Positions 27,487 through 37,596 are shown, numbered from the stretch's first letter. The stretch: 64,000 nucleotides of DNA from an uncultured Candidatus Saccharibacteria bacterium (GCA_964567265.1 CAZMLK010000002.1:138813-202812); one strand, 5' to 3'. Made by a program: numbers and translations. Notes: generated by a model from the sequence alone, not told the origin.

Positions 27487-27492
27487 TATTAT
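27487..27492 (+). promoter_or_regulatory. Candidate extended -10 (TGgTATTAT) giving leaderless tpiA mRNA
   Basis: TATTAT ends 7 nt before the tpiA ATG; preceded by terminator hairpin GGCCAGCCGGACCC-TTCG-GGTCCGGCTGGCC. Confidence 0.45.
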
Positions 27493-27499
27493 AGGCCGG

Positions 27500-28270
27500 A
27501 TGAAAAAGCCGAAACGGATCGTCGCCGCCAACTGGAAAATGAACCCGGACACCCTGTTCCGGGCCAAGAAGATATTCGAGCCCTTGAAGCGGAACGCCTC
27601 CAAACTCCGGAATGTGAATCTCCTCCTCCTGCCGCCCTTCCCGTACCTGGCACCGCTCCGCGAATCCTACAAAGGGAAGAGTGTCGCGTTCGGGGCGCAG
27701 GACGTCTTCCCTGAGCTCCGCGGTTCGTTTACCGGCGAAGTCTCGCCGCTCATGCTCCAGAGCGTCGGTGCGTCTCATATATTGGTAGGCCATTCCGAGC
27801 GCCGGGCGCTCGGCGATACCGACGAGAAGGTCCACAAGAAGCTCCGCGGCGCGCTTGATAACAAGTTCGCAGTCATTCTTTGCATTGGGGAACATGAGCG
27901 CGACCATGGCGGCCACTATCTCGGCTTCCTGCGCGACCAGATCGTGGCTGCCCTCAAAGGTGTCACCGTGAAAGAATTGAAGGACATCACGATCGCGTAC
28001 GAGCCGATCTTCGCGATCGGCAAATCCGCCGACAACGCGATGAAGCCGTTCGAGATCCACGAGACCGTCCTCTTCATCCGTCGCGTCCTCACCGAGATCT
28101 ATGATCGGGACAGCGCGTTCCGCCTTCCGATTCTGTATGGTGGTTCTGTCGAGGTGTCGAATGCTGAAGGGATTCTCCGCGACGGGGAAGTGCAAGGATT
28201 TCTCGTCGGCCACGCGTCGCTCGTCCCGGACGAATTCCTGGAAATCCTCCGCATCGCGGACCGAACATGA
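27500..28270 (+). CDS. tpiA: Triosephosphate isomerase
   Basis: 256 aa; AANWKMN, VGHSERR, YEPIFAIG, GGSV. Confidence 0.9.
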   Translation: MKKPKRIVAANWKMNPDTLFRAKKIFEPLKRNASKLRNVNLLLLPPFPYLAPLRESYKGKSVAFGAQDVFPELRGSFTGEVSPLMLQSVGASHILVGHSERRALGDTDEKVHKKLRGALDNKFAVILCIGEHERDHGGHYLGFLRDQIVAALKGVTVKELKDITIAYEPIFAIGKSADNAMKPFEIHETVLFIRRVLTEIYDRDSAFRLPILYGGSVEVSNAEGILRDGEVQGFLVGHASLVPDEFLEILRIADRT

Positions 28271-29409
28271 ATCTTCCAACACTTGAAAGTCTGGGTGATC
28301 TCTCCGGCAAGCGTGTCCTCCTGCGTACGTCTTTGAATGTGCCCCTCGATGAAGGCGATGTCCGCAACGACTACCGGCTCCAGAAAGCACTTCCGACCAT
28401 CGACTATTTGAGAAACGCCGGGGCGAAAGTGCTGATCCTCGCGCACCTCGGCCGCGACGGCAACTCGCTCCTCCCGATTTTCGAGGCGCTCACAAAGACG
28501 CACCCGATGCTGTTCGCCCATGATTTTGAGAGCGATGAGACGAAAGTGCGGGTCGGTGGCATGAAGAATGGCGACGTGCTCCTCTTCGAGAATGTCCGCC
28601 GCGACCCCCGTGAGGAAGCGAACGATCCCGCATTTGCGGCGATGCTCGCGCACTTCGGCGATGCGTACGTGAACGACGCCTTCGCGGATTCGCATCGCGC
28701 GCATGCGTCGATCGTCGGCATCCCCCCGCTCCTTCCGTCTGCTGCAGGACTCCTCATGATCGAGGAAGTGCAGCATCTTTCGCGCGCGCTCAGCCCCGTC
28801 CACCCATCCCTCTTCATCCTCGGAGGCGCCAAGTTCGAGACGAAACGGCCGCTCCTCGAGAAATGCCTCCCGCTGTATGACCATGTCTTCACCGGCGGCG
28901 CGATCGCGAACGATTTCTTCAAGGCAATGGGCTACGAAACGGGTACCTCGCTCGTGTCTCCGAACATCGCGGGCGCCTTCGACACCTTGCGCGCGCATGG
29001 CAATCTTCTCCTCCCGCTCGACGTCACCGTCACGAAAGATGGAGCCGCACGCACCGCGACTCCGGAGACCGTGGCGCGCGATGAGATGATCGTCGATGCC
29101 GGCCCGGCGACCTTGGAAGCCCTAACCCATCACATTAACGAAGGGAAGTTCATCCTCTGGAACGGCCCCTTAGGGAACTACGAGCTCGGATTCAATACCA
29201 ACACCGAAGCGGTGGCGCACGCGATTGCAGGATCGAGCGCGACCTCGATCGTCGGCGGCGGCGACACCGTCGCAGCGATCGCGAAACTCGGCCTCTCTGA
29301 CAAATTCACCTTCCTCTCGACCGGTGGCGGCGCGATGCTCGACTTCCTCGCGACGGGTACGTCACCCGCGATCGATGCGCTCCTTGCTCCAAAAACTTCT
29401 GCCGCCTAG
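28267..29409 (+). CDS. pgk: Phosphoglycerate kinase
   Basis: 380 aa; RTSLNVPL, ILAHLGR, NVRRDPREE, WNGPLG, STGGGA; 4-nt overlap with tpiA. Confidence 0.95.
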   Translation: MNLPTLESLGDLSGKRVLLRTSLNVPLDEGDVRNDYRLQKALPTIDYLRNAGAKVLILAHLGRDGNSLLPIFEALTKTHPMLFAHDFESDETKVRVGGMKNGDVLLFENVRRDPREEANDPAFAAMLAHFGDAYVNDAFADSHRAHASIVGIPPLLPSAAGLLMIEEVQHLSRALSPVHPSLFILGGAKFETKRPLLEKCLPLYDHVFTGGAIANDFFKAMGYETGTSLVSPNIAGAFDTLRAHGNLLLPLDVTVTKDGAARTATPETVARDEMIVDAGPATLEALTHHINEGKFILWNGPLGNYELGFNTNTEAVAHAIAGSSATSIVGGGDTVAAIAKLGLSDKFTFLSTGGGAMLDFLATGTSPAIDALLAPKTSAA

Positions 29410-29430
29410 TCATTTTCCATACCAAGCAAT

Positions 29431-29991
29431 ATGTTTCTCGATATCGGCGTCGGCATCCTGGTCGCTCTCTTCGTCGGAAAAGTGTTCGCGCTCCCGGTAA
29501 GTGCAGCGCTTGTACTCGTCGGCATCTTATTCTCGCTCCTCGTTGACGCTGATTTCATCATCCACAAGCTGAATCCGCACATCATCGGCAAGGACCACCA
29601 GCACCGCGACCTCTTCCACTACCCACTCCTCTACATCTCGATCGGCGCCGTCCTTCTCTCGGTGATCGCGAGTCCGGCGATCGTCCTCATCTTCGTACTC
29701 TCTTCCTTCCTCCACTTCGTCCACGACAGCATCGGGATCGGCTGGGGCGTGCAGTGGCTGTACCCATTCGACACCCGGCACTTCTCATTCCTGTACATCT
29801 ACCAGCCGCGCCACAAGGAGCCGCACCCGAAACAGCTCGTCTATATCTGGAAGCATGAGGAGATCAATGAGATCAACCACAAGTTCGGCGATCCGGAGTG
29901 GGTCAAGAATGTCTACTTCAAGCTCCATCCGTATGCGCTCGTCGAATTCCTCGTGTTCGTCGTGGCGCTCATCGCGCTTTTGTCCTCATAA
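29431..29991 (+). CDS. Integral membrane protein, possibly DUF457/YdjM-like metal-dependent hydrolase
   Basis: 186 aa; multiple TM helices with conserved-looking His/Asp (LVDADFIIH, HQHRDLFHYP, HFVHDSIG). Confidence 0.4.
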   Translation: MFLDIGVGILVALFVGKVFALPVSAALVLVGILFSLLVDADFIIHKLNPHIIGKDHQHRDLFHYPLLYISIGAVLLSVIASPAIVLIFVLSSFLHFVHDSIGIGWGVQWLYPFDTRHFSFLYIYQPRHKEPHPKQLVYIWKHEEINEINHKFGDPEWVKNVYFKLHPYALVEFLVFVVALIALLSS

Positions 29992-30217
29992 TTTTTTCAT
30001 CGGCGTTTTGCTTTCATACGCGTAGGGTGTACCAAATCCCTAAGGATGCTTCCCATGTATCCAACACGGGAGAGCGCTGGCAAGCTTTTGAGCATAGGAG
30101 GTCTGCGAAATCGGTCGCTGCATGACCGCCGAGTGTTAAGGCCGACACACGGACTCGAAAGAAGCGTCAGCGCTTCTTCTTGCCTCACTCCGGAAAACAG
30201 AAGATACTGGGCGGTAC

Positions 30218-30706
30218 ATGCAAGATCCTCATCCAACGGTCGCAAAGATAGAAGCGCTCCTCACGGAGCGCGGCGTCGCGTATGAGAAGTTTGAGCACGA
30301 GCCGGTTCGCACGAGCGAGGAGGCGGCTGCGATCCGTCCCGGCTTCACGCTTCAGGAAGGGGCGAAGGCACTCATCATCCGCGTGAAGAAGGGCGGCGAG
30401 AAGTCGTTCGCGATGGTCGTCGTCCCCGGCGACAAGAAGTTCGACTCCGGGAAGGTGAAAGCGATCCTCAGCGCCTCGGACATCCGCTTCGCGACTCCTG
30501 AAGAAGTCGGAGCCATCACTGACGGCGTCCAGCCTGGCGGAGTGCCTCCGTTCGGGAATCTCTGGAATCTCCCGGTTCTCGCTGACGAATCACTGTTCAA
30601 GAACGACCGCATCATCTTCAATGCGGGCGACCGCGGCGTTTCGATCACCATTCCGTCCGAAGTGTATCGAGCAGTCGTCGCGCCCAGAACGGCAGATATT
30701 TGCTAA
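30218..30706 (+). CDS. YbaK/ProX-type aminoacyl-tRNA deacylase domain protein
   Basis: 162 aa; KALIIRVKKGGEKSFAMVVVPGDKKFDSGKV...PGGVPPFG pattern typical of YbaK/EbsC family. Confidence 0.65.
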   Translation: MQDPHPTVAKIEALLTERGVAYEKFEHEPVRTSEEAAAIRPGFTLQEGAKALIIRVKKGGEKSFAMVVVPGDKKFDSGKVKAILSASDIRFATPEEVGAITDGVQPGGVPPFGNLWNLPVLADESLFKNDRIIFNAGDRGVSITIPSEVYRAVVAPRTADIC

Positions 30707-30720
30707 CCAGACAACAATCC

Positions 30721-31287
30721 ATGAATAAAAATCAGGTCATCGCGTTCGCAGTTTTTGCTGTCTTCCTCAATCTTGGCGTATTTTTCCTTTTGAATAGGTC
30801 AGAAGAGGTGGTTCCAACTCCGAATCCGGAGAACAACCCACCTGTAACATCGGCAACGACCACGTCGCCGATCGGAACAACGTCTGTGAAGATCGCGCTT
30901 CTCGATACCACCGGGAACGGAACCGGCAAATCACGAGGCTGCGACACGGTGACCGTGGTCACGCGTACCGTGGCGACTACAACCGCGCCCCTCACTGCAG
31001 CGCTCAAGGAATTGTTCGCATACCCCGAAGGAATGCAGCCAAGCACAACGTACAATTTCATTGCCCGGACGAAGGGAACACTCAAATTCGATCATGCGAC
31101 CGTAGAGAATGGAGCCGCGAATATCTATCTCACGGGCTCGCTCTCAGGTCTCGCAGGCGTCTGCGATGACCCGCGTGCCGCCATCCAGCTCGAAGAAACC
31201 GCGCTCCAGTTTCCAACCGTCGAGAAAGTGCAGCTCTATCTGAACGGAACGGCGACCACGCTCACACCGAACGAAAAAGGGGAATAG
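30721..31287 (+). CDS. Signal-anchored protein, GerMN-like domain suspected
   Basis: Start at MNKNQVIAFAVFAVFLNLGVFF; C-terminal LTAALKELFA...ANIYLTG...VQLYLNG resembles GerMN pattern. Confidence 0.4.
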   Translation: MNKNQVIAFAVFAVFLNLGVFFLLNRSEEVVPTPNPENNPPVTSATTTSPIGTTSVKIALLDTTGNGTGKSRGCDTVTVVTRTVATTTAPLTAALKELFAYPEGMQPSTTYNFIARTKGTLKFDHATVENGAANIYLTGSLSGLAGVCDDPRAAIQLEETALQFPTVEKVQLYLNGTATTLTPNEKGE

Positions 31288-31342
31288 GCGCCGTAGGAGG
31301 GATCCACACTTTGAAGATTATCGCTTTTGTTATACTTACCGC

Positions 31343-31795
31343 ATGCAAAAGATACACCTTACAACGTTTATCAATGCCCCGCGGGAGAAGGTTTGGAACA
31401 CGATGCTTGAGGATGCGACGTACCGGGAATGGACGAGCGTGTTTAGCCCGGGCGGGTATTACAAAGGTAGCTGGGAAACGGGCTCGAAAATACTTTTTGT
31501 CGGCACTGACCCGGTAACCGGACTCGAGGGCGGCATGGTGAGCCGCATTGCGGAAAATCGGTTACACGAATTTGTCTCGATTGAGCATCTGGGTATTGTT
31601 GCAAACGGTGTCGAGGACACCACCAGCGAGTTGGCAAAAAAGTGGACCCCTGCATTTGAAAACTATACCTTCGCCCACAAAGACGGCGGTACGGAGCTGA
31701 CCATCGACATGGATATTACAGAGGAAGAGAAAGAACCGATGGAAGAGATGTGGAAGAAAGGACTCGAGAAGCTCAAAGAGATTTCGGAACAATAG
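31343..31795 (+). CDS. SRPBCC/AHSA1 (Aha1-like) domain protein
   Basis: 150 aa; INAPREKVWNTMLEDATYREWTS start typical of AHSA1/SRPBCC; TGtTATACT ends 6 nt before ATG. Confidence 0.7.
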   Translation: MQKIHLTTFINAPREKVWNTMLEDATYREWTSVFSPGGYYKGSWETGSKILFVGTDPVTGLEGGMVSRIAENRLHEFVSIEHLGIVANGVEDTTSELAKKWTPAFENYTFAHKDGGTELTIDMDITEEEKEPMEEMWKKGLEKLKEISEQ

Positions 31796-31863
31796 CGGAC
31801 AAAGCAAGAAAACGCCTAGGCGTTTTCTTGCTTTGTAATCGAGTTATTCTCAGCAGCATTCAG

Positions 31864-32271
31864 CTATTCGAATGCGTGGCGGATTTGCTCGGCAAGTTGT
31901 TCGAGTTCAACATCGTCGGCCATCGCGCCGGGGTGCGGATCGAGTGGCTCGCCTGCGGGGACAGGGTAGAGGCGGATGTGGGTATGGGGCACCTGGAATC
32001 CTTCGATGACGACGCAGACGCGCTTCGGCTTGAAAGCGGCGTCGAGCGCCTTTGCGATCTTCTTTGATACTTCGAAAAGATGTGAGTATAGGGGATCGGG
32101 GATGTCGAAGATATAGTCTATCTGTTCCTTCGGGATCACCAGCACCTGACCCTTCGTGGAAGGGAACTTGTCCATGAGGACGATGACGGACTCATCCTCG
32201 AAGACACGGACGCCGGGGATTTCGCCCTTGATGATCTTGGTGAAAATGGATGGCTCGGGGGTGTTTTCCAT
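31864..32271 (-). CDS. HIT family (histidine triad) protein
   Basis: Start at MENTPEPSIFTKIIKGEIP; histidine triad VPHTHIRLYP. Confidence 0.8.
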   Translation of the reverse strand: MENTPEPSIFTKIIKGEIPGVRVFEDESVIVLMDKFPSTKGQVLVIPKEQIDYIFDIPDPLYSHLFEVSKKIAKALDAAFKPKRVCVVIEGFQVPHTHIRLYPVPAGEPLDPHPGAMADDVELEQLAEQIRHAFE

Positions 32272-32342
32272 CGCTCCAGTATACCGAGTTTTAGAGAGTG
32301 GAAAAGAAAACCGGCGCGCCACACTGAGGTGGCGCGCCGAGT

Positions 32343-32621
32343 TCAGGGAGCGACTGCATCCGAGGGTTGGACTTTGAACGCTGCTTGGAGTGCTTCAAAG
32401 AGATGGGCACTTTTCCGCTCTTCGCGGAGGATTCCCATTACGTATTCGATGTACCGCACCGGCACTCGGATTCCTTGGGTCCCATAGAGCGTGAATTGAA
32501 AAAGACGCGTGTCCATCAGCTCGAGGAGAAGATAGACCAGCTGCTTCCGCTCTGCGGGGTCAATGACCAGAAGGTCGACTTCTTGCCCGACGATGACGAC
32601 TTGGTTCTGCACGTTCTGCAT
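32343..32621 (-). CDS. Hypothetical protein
   Basis: 92-aa ORF, natural-looking composition, no motif. Confidence 0.35.
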   Translation of the reverse strand: MQNVQNQVVIVGQEVDLLVIDPAERKQLVYLLLELMDTRLFQFTLYGTQGIRVPVRYIEYVMGILREERKSAHLFEALQAAFKVQPSDAVAP

Positions 32622-32701
32622 GAGTGGTCTCCAGTTGCTGGCTTCATACTAGCGGAAGCGCGCATTTCTGCAAGGATTTATATTTCAGGTACAATACCCC
32701 G

Positions 32702-34399
32702 ATGAGTTACACCGTCCGCGAGGCAGTTCCTGAAAGCGTGAGTACCGAACTCTCCGCGTACGACCCCTTGCTGCAATCCCTCCTCTACGGACGCGGTATC
32801 GAGACGGCAACTGATGCCGCTTTCTTCCTCAATCCCGACTACGAGCTCCATACCCATGATCCGTACCTCTTCCTCGACATGGAGAAAGCGGTTCAGCGTA
32901 TCGTGACTGCAATTAAAAAAGACGAGCGTATCGTCATTTGGAGCGACTATGACACCGACGGCATCCCGGGCGCGGTCATCCTCCATGACTTCTTCAAGAA
33001 GATCGGCTATGACAATTTCGAGAATTACATCCCGCACCGGACGCTCGAAGGCTTCGGGCTCAATATCGCGGGCATCGAGGAACTCAAAGAGCGCGGCGCG
33101 AACGTAATCATCTCGATCGACTGCGGCATCACCGATGTCGCTCCGGTCGCCCGCGCCCGCGTGCTCGGCATCGACGTCATCATCACCGACCACCACCTTC
33201 CGCATGGCGTGATCCCGGATGCCTTCGCGATCGTGAACCCGAAGCAGGAAGCGTGCGCGTATCCGGAGAAGATGCTCTGCGGTGCGGGCGTCGTCTACAA
33301 GCTGGTGCAAGGGCTCGTGAAGAGCGGCGCATTTGATGTGCCCGTCGGCTGGGAAAAATGGCTTCTCGATATGGCTGGCCTCGCGACGCTCTCCGACATG
33401 GTGCCGCTCCGGGGCGAGAACCGCGTCTTCGCACGCTACGGCATGCAGGTGCTTCGGAAGTCACGTCGGCCAGGACTCCAGACCTTGCTTCGGAAACTCA
33501 AGATCGACCAGCGGACCCTCTCAGAAGACGACATCGGATTCATGATCGCGCCGCGCATCAATGCGGCGTCGCGCATGGGCGTGCCGCAGGATGCGTTCCG
33601 CCTGCTCGCGACGAGCGATACAGGCGAAGCAAGTGTCCTCGCCGCGCACCTCGACCAGATCAACAACGAGCGGAAAGGCCATGTTGCTGCGATGGTGAAG
33701 GAAGCGAAGCATCGACTTGAGGAACTCGGCGAGCCGCGTGCGGTCATTGTGCTCGGGAGCATCGATTGGAAGCCTTCCTTGCTTGGGTTGGTCGCGAACA
33801 CGCTCGTCGAAGCCTACGGCCGGCCGGTGTTCCTTTGGGGCCGCGAGACGGGTACCGTCATCAAGGGCTCATGCCGCTCAGATGGTTCGGTGAACTTGGT
33901 CACGCTCATGGACGGCGCACGCGAGATATTCATCGACGCGGGCGGCCATGCGTTCTCCGGCGGATTCTCGATCACCTCGGAAATGCTGCATCTTCTTGAA
34001 GATCGGCTCGTCGAGGCATATCCGAAAGCCCGCGACGCAGACGGCGGGCTCCAGGTACTCCGCGCGGATGCGGAGGTGACGCTCGGCATCGTGAACGAGA
34101 AGACCTGCAAGGTCTTGGATCAGCTTGCGCCGTTTGGGGAAGGGAATCCGAAGCCGATCTTTCTGTTCAAGGGTTCGCGCATTGCGTCCATGCGACAGTT
34201 CGGGAAGGAGGCGAATCATTTGGAATTGATGCTTGAGGACGGCGGCCCCGCGAAAAAGGCGATCGCCTTTTTCGCGGGGCCCGCGAGCTTCGCGAAGCCC
34301 GCCGAAAAAGGAACGGTTGCCGACATCCTCGGCACCATTGAGCGCTCCAGTTTCGGCGGCAAGACCGAGGTCCGGCTCCGACTTCTTGGCATCTTTTGA
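32702..34399 (+). CDS. recJ: Single-stranded-DNA-specific exonuclease RecJ
   Basis: Start at MSYTVRE; DHH motifs IWSDYDTDG, ISIDCG, IITDHH; DHHA1 GGHAFSGG; TACAAT ends 6 nt before ATG. Confidence 0.85.
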   Translation: MSYTVREAVPESVSTELSAYDPLLQSLLYGRGIETATDAAFFLNPDYELHTHDPYLFLDMEKAVQRIVTAIKKDERIVIWSDYDTDGIPGAVILHDFFKKIGYDNFENYIPHRTLEGFGLNIAGIEELKERGANVIISIDCGITDVAPVARARVLGIDVIITDHHLPHGVIPDAFAIVNPKQEACAYPEKMLCGAGVVYKLVQGLVKSGAFDVPVGWEKWLLDMAGLATLSDMVPLRGENRVFARYGMQVLRKSRRPGLQTLLRKLKIDQRTLSEDDIGFMIAPRINAASRMGVPQDAFRLLATSDTGEASVLAAHLDQINNERKGHVAAMVKEAKHRLEELGEPRAVIVLGSIDWKPSLLGLVANTLVEAYGRPVFLWGRETGTVIKGSCRSDGSVNLVTLMDGAREIFIDAGGHAFSGGFSITSEMLHLLEDRLVEAYPKARDADGGLQVLRADAEVTLGIVNEKTCKVLDQLAPFGEGNPKPIFLFKGSRIASMRQFGKEANHLELMLEDGGPAKKAIAFFAGPASFAKPAEKGTVADILGTIERSSFGGKTEVRLRLLGIF

Positions 34400-34951
34400 A
34401 ATATTCTCGGACTCTGTTCTGTAAGAAAGGGGAGAGGAGTGCGTCACCCCAAATAGGACCACTCTATAAATGGCTAAGTTGAGCCATAACTGGGAGCTAC
34501 ACAATGCTTGCCACCGTTCTTTCTCGAATCGTCGCCGTTACTGGTTTGACCACGAAAAGTCCCCCCACCACCACTGATTTCACTATGAGCATCAAATCTC
34601 ATGTGGGAGCGCCTTTCGACGCCAAACTCATTGAACGCCGCCGCAATCGCCGACCGCGCATAGGAAGCACTCGCCACCTCATCGCCGTCTGGTGTCATGA
34701 GACGAAGCAGCAGTACCGCATCATCGTCCGCCGTTCGTTGATCGAAAAATTGGCTCGCGGCAAGTCGGTCATCGCCAACGTCTATCATCCTGATCTTGGA
34801 CGTGCAGGCGCGCTTCCCGCCGAGCTTATACTCCGCTTCAACCACGCCGAGCCCGGTCTCGGCGCGACTACCGCGCAGCTCTTACATCTGCTTCACTAAC
34901 CTGAAGCATTCCCACATCCCGTGGCCGCATCCTGCGGCCACGGGATTCCTT

Positions 34952-34962
34952 TTTGCTATACT
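34952..34962 (+). promoter_or_regulatory. Candidate extended -10 promoter TTTGCTATACT (leaderless rnhA)
   Basis: TATACT ends 7 nt before rnhA ATG; preceded by plus-strand terminator hairpin CCCGTGGCCGCA-TCC-TGCGGCCACGGG plus T-run. Confidence 0.45.
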
Positions 34963-34969
34963 GCTCAGC

Positions 34970-35404
34970 ATGGAATCACCAAAACAGACAATCACGGTCT
35001 ACACTGACGGCGGCGCGAGAGGAAATCCGGGTCCCTCCGGCATCGGCGTCTTCATCGTCGGTGCAGACGGGAAGCCGCTCAAGGCCGTTTCAAAATATCT
35101 CGGCAAGCAGACCAACAACTTCGCTGAATACGAGGGCGTTGCGCTCGGACTCGAGACCTTGAAGAAAATGTTCGGTACAAAAACGAAGTCGATCCACGTT
35201 TCCGTGAAGCTCGACAGCGAGCTCATAAAGAAGCAGCTTACGAACGAATACCAAATCAAAGAAGAGACGCTCTGGCCGCAGTACATCAAGGTGCACAACC
35301 TCATCGTCTCCTCGTTCCCGCACATCTCATTCACCCATATCCCGCGCGCGGAGAACGCGAAAGCAGATGCGCTCGCGAACGAAGCGATGGACAGGGCTGC
35401 GTAG
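34970..35404 (+). CDS. rnhA: Ribonuclease HI
   Basis: Start at MESPKQTITVYTDGGARGNPGPSG; NNFAEYEG, ADALANEA (DEDD residues). Confidence 0.85.
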   Translation: MESPKQTITVYTDGGARGNPGPSGIGVFIVGADGKPLKAVSKYLGKQTNNFAEYEGVALGLETLKKMFGTKTKSIHVSVKLDSELIKKQLTNEYQIKEETLWPQYIKVHNLIVSSFPHISFTHIPRAENAKADALANEAMDRAA

Positions 35405-35470
35405 GAAAGCAACGCAGGAATGCACACGCCGCCGGGCATACTTGCCCGGCGGCTTTGTATAATGATTCCC

Positions 35471-36925
35471 ATGTTTCTCTATCCACTCATCGGTGGATTC
35501 GCAACAGGCGTCCTCCTCCGGTCCTTCCTCGTGATCGGGCTTCCGGGAGTCGGTTTCGGTGCCGTGATCGCGGCTGCACTCCTCGCGCTCGGTTTCCGCC
35601 GGGGCGAGCGATCGCTCACCCTCGCGGCGATTGTCTGTTTCGGTATCGTGCTCGGCATCTGCCGCTACACGCTTGCAGAGGATGCGCTCCCGTACGCGCT
35701 CGTCGATTCTCTTGGCGAAGGGCGCATGGTCGGGGCGGGCGTCATTGTCGCCGACCCGGATCTCCGCGAAGGGAACACCAAGCTCACCATCGATCTCGAT
35801 ACCATGAACAGCGCGACGACGACGCTCCGCATCCTCGCAACCGTGGATCGTTTCCCTCGCTTTGCATACGGGGATCGTGTGCAGTTGAATGGCATCCTCA
35901 AAAAACCCACAGCATTTTCCGGCGACACGGAGCGCGTCTTCGATTATCCCGCATGGCTCAAGAAAGATGGCATTGTCGCCGTCATGTCATATCCGCGCAT
36001 CGAACGCATCGAGGACGGAGGAGGCAACATCATTTTTCGATACCTGTTCCGCATCAAGCACGCCTTCCTCTCGAATATCGAGGAGCGCATTCCGGAACCG
36101 GAATCGGGACTCCTCGCGGGGCTCTTGGTTGGCTCGAAGCAGTCCTTGGGGAAGGAGCTCCAGGATACGTTCCGCGTCGCGGGTGTCATCCATATCGTCG
36201 TCCTCTCAGGCTACAACGTGACCATTGTCGCGGAAGCCATCATGCGGGCGCTCGCATTCCTGCCGCGCATGCTCTCCTATGCCGCAGGAGGGGTAAGTAT
36301 CATCCTCTTCGCGATCATGGCGGGCGGCTCGGCGACGGTGGTCCGTGCGAGCATCATGGCGGTCCTTGTCCTCATCGCGCGTGCGACGGGACGCACCAAT
36401 GATCTCCTTCGCGCGCTCCTTGTGACCGGCTTCGTGATGCTGATCCACAACCCCTTCATCTTGGCGTTCGATCCCTCGTTCCAACTCTCGTTCCTCGCGA
36501 CCTTCGGCCTCATATTGATCGCCCCGAAGCTTGAGACGCGGGTCACGTGGATTCCGGCAAGATTCGGCATTCGCGAGATTGTCGTCGCGACGCTCTCGAC
36601 GCAGCTCATCGTCTTGCCGCTCCTCCTCTGGATGACCGGTATCTTCTCGGTCGTCGCGCTTCCGGCGAACCTCCTTATCCTCGGCGCGGTGCCGCCCGCG
36701 ATGCTGTTCGGCTTCCTCGCCGGAATGCTCGGGTTCGTGAGTACCTGGCTCGCGCTCCCGTTTGCGCTCATCGCGGATGCGATCCTCCGTTACCAGCTTT
36801 TCGTCGTCCACGTGCTTGCTGGGCTTCCGTTCGCGGCCTTCACGCTCCCTGCCTTTCCGTTCTCAGTATCGCTGGTTGCGTACGTGCTCTTGGCGCTCGT
36901 CTATGTGCGCGTGTCGAAAAAATAA
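35471..36925 (+). CDS. comEC: ComEC/Rec2 DNA internalisation channel protein (DUF4131 + competence domains, no MBL domain)
   Basis: Start at MFLYPLIGG (TATAAT ends 7 nt upstream); OB-like N-domain; competence-domain block GLLAGLLVGSKQSL...FRVAGVIHIVVLSGYNV; many TM helices. Confidence 0.8.
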   Translation: MFLYPLIGGFATGVLLRSFLVIGLPGVGFGAVIAAALLALGFRRGERSLTLAAIVCFGIVLGICRYTLAEDALPYALVDSLGEGRMVGAGVIVADPDLREGNTKLTIDLDTMNSATTTLRILATVDRFPRFAYGDRVQLNGILKKPTAFSGDTERVFDYPAWLKKDGIVAVMSYPRIERIEDGGGNIIFRYLFRIKHAFLSNIEERIPEPESGLLAGLLVGSKQSLGKELQDTFRVAGVIHIVVLSGYNVTIVAEAIMRALAFLPRMLSYAAGGVSIILFAIMAGGSATVVRASIMAVLVLIARATGRTNDLLRALLVTGFVMLIHNPFILAFDPSFQLSFLATFGLILIAPKLETRVTWIPARFGIREIVVATLSTQLIVLPLLLWMTGIFSVVALPANLLILGAVPPAMLFGFLAGMLGFVSTWLALPFALIADAILRYQLFVVHVLAGLPFAAFTLPAFPFSVSLVAYVLLALVYVRVSKK

Positions 36926-36963
36926 GAACGGCCGCGCGAAGCGCGGCCGTTCTTATTTTTTTT
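36917..36963. terminator. Bidirectional intrinsic terminator
   Basis: 21-bp arms AAAAAATAAGAACGGCCGCGC / GCGCGGCCGTTCTTATTTTTT between convergent comEC and sod. Confidence 0.75.
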
Positions 36964-36971
36964 AGAAAGTA

Positions 36972-37556
36972 TTACGCAATCTTCTCGAACCTTGCGGCGA
37001 TCGTCTCCATATTGAGCGCCGCGAGATACGCGTCGACATACTTCATCTTGTCGCCAGGAAGATAGTCGACCATATAGGCGTGCTCCCACACATCGAGGGC
37101 GACGACGACGGGAAGCGTGGCGAGCTGACCCTCGTCGTGATTGGTAACCCAGTTCATGTGGAGGCACTTCGCGATCGGATCGTAATTGAGGAGCGCCCAG
37201 CCGCTGCCGCGCGCGACGATCTTCTTGAATGACTCCTTCCAGGCATCCACCGATCCGTATTCGGCGATGAGGAGGTTCGAGAGCGGGCTTGCGGGTAGTA
37301 CTTTCGGGCCGCCTTCCAAATCCCCGAAATAGTATTCGTGGAGGCGCATGCCGTTGAACTCGAATCCGAGCCGGCGGCGGAGTTCCTGCATCAGGTGGCC
37401 GTTCTTCGCGGCATCCGCTCCGAGTTCCTTGAGTTCGTCATCGATCAGGTTCACGTGCTTCACGTAGCCCTGGTACAGCTTCACATGTTCCTCGATCTGC
37501 TTTGCGGAGACGCCGGGCACTTCGGGAAGTGTGAATATTTTGGCTTCGTATTTCAT
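36972..37556 (-). CDS. sod: Fe/Mn superoxide dismutase family protein (divergent N-terminus)
   Basis: 194 aa; C-terminal metal-ligand motif DVWEHAY, GWALL; N-terminal domain lacks the usual HHxKHH block. Confidence 0.8.
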   Translation of the reverse strand: MKYEAKIFTLPEVPGVSAKQIEEHVKLYQGYVKHVNLIDDELKELGADAAKNGHLMQELRRRLGFEFNGMRLHEYYFGDLEGGPKVLPASPLSNLLIAEYGSVDAWKESFKKIVARGSGWALLNYDPIAKCLHMNWVTNHDEGQLATLPVVVALDVWEHAYMVDYLPGDKMKYVDAYLAALNMETIAARFEKIA

Positions 37557-37596
37557 GGACGGGTTTGGTTAGCTGGTCTCGAAAAGTATACACCAA

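Noticed and set aside
26429-28390. 653-aa minus-strand ORF, the longest in the track
   Set aside because: It runs antisense to three well-supported genes (the pilus protein, tpiA, pgk). Its Arg/Asp/Glu/His-rich low-complexity composition is typical of antisense frames in GC3-rich DNA.
29992-30217. 226-nt spacer upstream of the ybaK-like gene considered as a T-box or riboswitch leader
   Set aside because: There is no T-box consensus (AGGGUGGUACCGCG-like) and no clear terminator/antiterminator pair. The only hairpin (AAGAAGCG-TCAG-CGCTTCTT) is weak and lacks a T-run.
35455-36402. 315-aa plus-strand ORF in an alternative frame of comEC
   Set aside because: Its Arg/Pro/Gly/His-rich composition contrasts with the comEC frame, which gives coherent TM helices and competence-domain motifs.
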